Shown: piece after piece, positions 60,956 through 64,000 of the stretch
Layout: the number at the start of each line of letters is the position of its first letter
Numbering within the stretch: position 1 is the stretch's first letter
Assembly (NCBI GenBank): GCA_963837955.1
Contig: CAWIPH010000002.1
Location: forward strand, 3,520,001 to 3,584,000
DNA: 64,000 nt
DNA from: an uncultured Verrucomicrobiae bacterium
GTDB taxonomy: Bacteria > Verrucomicrobiota > Verrucomicrobiia > Chthoniobacterales > JAFAMB01
Direction: 5' to 3'
Position numbers and translations under genes: made by a program
The notes under the pieces: model-generated
Database searches by the model: none
Told to the model about the DNA's origin: nothing
The model's input: the letters and a program-made list of their open reading frames with translations, nothing else

Positions 60956-63130
60956 CTAGCGCTGCTTCGGACCGTTTTCAGCCGGCTGGGTGGTCGCACC
61001 TAGCTCGTAGGAAAAGAAAGAGAACACGTTCGTAAATAGCGAAACTCTTTCATCCAAAGAACTGCCGATCCCGTGCCCGAATGAACTTACCTTCAACAAG
61101 ATTGGATTATCGGGCGCAGCCGCCGATTGCAGTCGCGCGGCAAACTTGAACGAATTGTGAGGAGCGACCCGGCCATCGTTCAAACCCGCGGTCAACAAGA
61201 TGGACGGATACTTCTGCCCTTCCTTCACGTGGTGATAGGGCGAGTAAGCGAGCAGAGCCTTGAACTGGTCGGGATCCTTCACGGTCCCGAATTCGGTGGT
61301 GTTAAACATGCCATTCGGCTCGAGTTCGCTCCGTAGCGAATCGTAAATCCCGACTTCCGAAACCACTGCCTTCATTAGAGTCGGATGCTGCGTAATCATC
61401 GCACCCATCAGGAGTCCGCCGTTGCTTCCTCCCAGCATTCCGAGCTTTGGCGTAGAGGTATATTTGTGCTCGATCAGATAATTCGCACAGGCCGTAAAAT
61501 CATCGAACACATTCTGCTTCTTGGTGAGATTACCTGCCTTGTGCCAATCTTCCCCAAATTCCCCACCTCCGCGCAGATTCGTGTCAACGAATATGCCTCC
61601 TCGATCAAACCAAGCCCGCAGTACAACGTTCTCGCGGGGCACTTCGTTTATTCCATATCCTCCGTAGCCGTACAGAATTGTCGGATTATTGCCATTTAGC
61701 GGCGTGCCCTTCTTGCGCAGGATGTTGAGTGGAATCTTGGTACCGTCTTTGGATACGGCAAAATCTCTGGTAACTTCGATATCAGCGAAACTCACCGTAG
61801 CGGGAGAGCTCAGAGCGGTTTGGGTGAACTGACTGTTTTGTGGGTCTAATTGGAACCAACGCGGTTTTTCCGTGTAGCTCTGGATCTCGACCAGAATCGG
61901 GCCCGATTCTGCAGTAACCACGTCCCGCACGTCGGAAACTGGGGGTACTGGCAAAGTGGTTGGCTCGCCTCCGTTTAAGCCATAAATCTGCAGCGCTGAC
62001 GGTCCTCCAACCAAAGTGGGCACCAGCAAATGATCGGAAGTGAGGGCCAGTCCCTGGATCACTCCATCCCCTTGCGGCACGATCACCGTCGGTTCGCCGC
62101 CATTGGTGCTATTCAAATCAAATTTAACTACCTTTCCGCGCGGAGCGTCAGCCAATGAATTGGCGTAGAAGGAATCGCCAGGGCCGAGACGGCCCTTCTT
62201 TATCTTGTCTTCGAAATGGGTGAGCTGTTTCCAGGTTTTGTCGGATCCGAAGACGAAATGTTCGAAGTCACCGCCATCTCCATTCGCAACCGTCGCAACG
62301 ATGAAATCGGATTTCGGAACCGACTGTAGTTCAACCTCAGCGATTTTCGGGAACTCTTTACCAATCGAGTAAACGTCCTCCGACTCGTTCGTACCAAGCC
62401 GATGAAAATAGACCTGCTGATAGAAGTGCAGATCGGCGGCCGGTCGCTCGCCTTCTCTCGGAAAACGGGTGTAGAAAATTCCGGTATTGTCTTTCGTCCA
62501 GGCCGCGCTGCCGCCCGCGGTTGGGAACTGCACATGCTTAAGCACTTCGTCAGTCTGTTTTCCGTCCGCTACCGAAAAGAAATGGAGATCACCATCTTCG
62601 CTACCGCTCTTGGAAAGCGATACTGCGACCAATTTACCGTCCGGCGAGGGCACAAACCAGTCGATCGCGGTCGTACCGGCCGAGTCTATCTCGTTCGGAT
62701 CACAGACCGATCGCTCCGTTTCCGGCCGATCGGCGCTTTCTAAGACCACCAGGGATTGCTGCTGCTTCTTTGGATCAAACTTGAGAGCGAAGATTTTGCC
62801 ACCCGCGAATTGTATGGCGCCGTAGGAGATCGGCTGTACGGAAATGAGCTTCTTCATCTCTTCGGCAATCGCCGTTCGGCCAGGCAACGCCGCTAAAAAT
62901 TTTTCGCTTCGCTGATTCTGCTTCTCCGCCCAAGCTTTCACCCCCGGACTCTTCAAGTCCTCCAGCCAGCGGTAATCATCTTGGATAGTGGTTCCGTAAT
63001 AGCTGTCTTTCACCGGCTGCTTTTTGGTTTCAGGAGCCGATTCCAGCTTGGGAGGGGCCGCAAACGCCCATTGCGAACCGGGCAAGCCGAGGCAGACAAA
63101 TAACGGAATGTTTTTGAGCTTAATGAGCAT
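60956..63130 (-). CDS. Exported prolyl oligopeptidase (S9A)
   Basis: D.YRWLE, SKDGTKIP, YGYGG, RGGGEFG, GGSNGG (catalytic Ser), D.RV, GHG; start 63130. Confidence 0.95.
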   Translation of the reverse strand: MLIKLKNIPLFVCLGLPGSQWAFAAPPKLESAPETKKQPVKDSYYGTTIQDDYRWLEDLKSPGVKAWAEKQNQRSEKFLAALPGRTAIAEEMKKLISVQPISYGAIQFAGGKIFALKFDPKKQQQSLVVLESADRPETERSVCDPNEIDSAGTTAIDWFVPSPDGKLVAVSLSKSGSEDGDLHFFSVADGKQTDEVLKHVQFPTAGGSAAWTKDNTGIFYTRFPREGERPAADLHFYQQVYFHRLGTNESEDVYSIGKEFPKIAEVELQSVPKSDFIVATVANGDGGDFEHFVFGSDKTWKQLTHFEDKIKKGRLGPGDSFYANSLADAPRGKVVKFDLNSTNGGEPTVIVPQGDGVIQGLALTSDHLLVPTLVGGPSALQIYGLNGGEPTTLPVPPVSDVRDVVTAESGPILVEIQSYTEKPRWFQLDPQNSQFTQTALSSPATVSFADIEVTRDFAVSKDGTKIPLNILRKKGTPLNGNNPTILYGYGGYGINEVPRENVVLRAWFDRGGIFVDTNLRGGGEFGEDWHKAGNLTKKQNVFDDFTACANYLIEHKYTSTPKLGMLGGSNGGLLMGAMITQHPTLMKAVVSEVGIYDSLRSELEPNGMFNTTEFGTVKDPDQFKALLAYSPYHHVKEGQKYPSILLTAGLNDGRVAPHNSFKFAARLQSAAAPDNPILLKVSSFGHGIGSSLDERVSLFTNVFSFFSYELGATTQPAENGPKQR

Positions 63131-63401
63131 AGGATGAGAACACTTAGATTTCGCGGAAAGTTTCACCTTTTTCGGAGCGGCGCAACGTGAGCCATACTTT
63201 ATCTACGTATTGGTTCCTCTGGCAAAGGATTCACCTTTCTCCTCAGGATGCTTTCGCATCTGAAGCTGCTGGGGGGGAGGAGAACTTCGGCACAGCAAAT
63301 TTTTCGTTAACGAAATGAGCGGCGGATCCGTCTGAGATCTTGTCGCCGTGTGAGAATATGGCGCATTAAGGCCGAAGGGATCTACCTATCGGCTGTTCAA
63401 T

Positions 63402-64000
63402 ATGTTAAACTCGATACCCGCTGGAGGTTGGAATTACGATTCGGCAGCTCACCTCGCTCTGCGAGCAGGTTTTGGCGAACCGCCCCCTGAGCTGGAAAAG
63501 TGGGTCACCCAAGGGCTCGATTCCACGCTGGAACATCTCTCACACACGCCGCCAGGCAATGTCCCGCCTCCGGATTGGGCGTATCCGACCAGAGACGAAG
63601 ATCTTCTTCAGCGCATTCGTAATCCAGACACTATCCCAGATGATAAGGTGCAGCTGCAGCGTCAACTCAATGAACGCAAAGCCGAACAAATGGCCAACTT
63701 GGTTAGCTGGTGGACGCAACGGATGTACAACTCGGCCGCGCCGCTCGTAGAAAAAATGACTCTATTCTGGCACGGGCATTTCGCGACCAGCGCAGAAAAA
63801 GTTAACTCGTACCGGATGTGGCTACAGAACGAGACGCTGCGAATGTACGCACTCGGAAATTTTGGTACCCTAGTCAAAGCTATCTCCTGCGACCCAGCGA
63901 TGCTGGTCTGGCTCGATCTCGGAGCGAGCCAGAAAGAACATCCCAACGAAAATTTCGCGCGTGAACTGATGGAACTGTTCACCTTAGGCGAAGGGCATTA
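63402..64000 (+). CDS. DUF1800-family protein (partial, runs off the window; absent from the ORF track)
   Basis: Own translation: AAHLALRAGFG, EKMTLFWHGHFATS, DPAML.WLD, PNENFARELMELFTLG. Confidence 0.92.
   Translation, partial: MLNSIPAGGWNYDSAAHLALRAGFGEPPPELEKWVTQGLDSTLEHLSHTPPGNVPPPDWAYPTRDEDLLQRIRNPDTIPDDKVQLQRQLNERKAEQMANLVSWWTQRMYNSAAPLVEKMTLFWHGHFATSAEKVNSYRMWLQNETLRMYALGNFGTLVKAISCDPAMLVWLDLGASQKEHPNENFARELMELFTLGEGH

Overview
A core-chromosome window with interleaved accessory genes from a moderately GC-rich, LPS-making bacterium. Gene content and repeat style suggest a soil Verrucomicrobiota (Spartobacteria-like) genome, but that is inference. Housekeeping genes include kbl-tdh, ruvC-lipB, lpxI-gnnA-like-lpxB, ispE/pyrF, phoH-HDIG-ybeY, hldA-gmhB, kdsB-pyrG, ffh-rpsP-khpA, purB and dedA. 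Accessory genes include a LacI-controlled sugar ABC operon, an ECF sigma/anti-sigma locus, EmrAB and RND efflux modules, a TetR-ohr-SDR-GNAT cluster and peptidases. No rRNA, tRNA, CRISPR array or transposase was found. Main highlights: (1) a 1301-aa one-chain receptor with kinase + pseudokinase + TIR + TM helix + 47-aa-repeat beta-helix; (2) a small hairpin cassette inserted at equivalent positions inside REP palindromes, where two copies have identical ends around two essentially unrelated 34-nt cores; (3) three copies of a GGAATA-N16-GGTA motif defining a local ECF regulon; (4) an EmrAB cassette flanked by two gene remnants; (5) two probable single-base frameshifts; (6) an unannotated 57-aa gene; (7) several nested heptamer/REP repeat structures.
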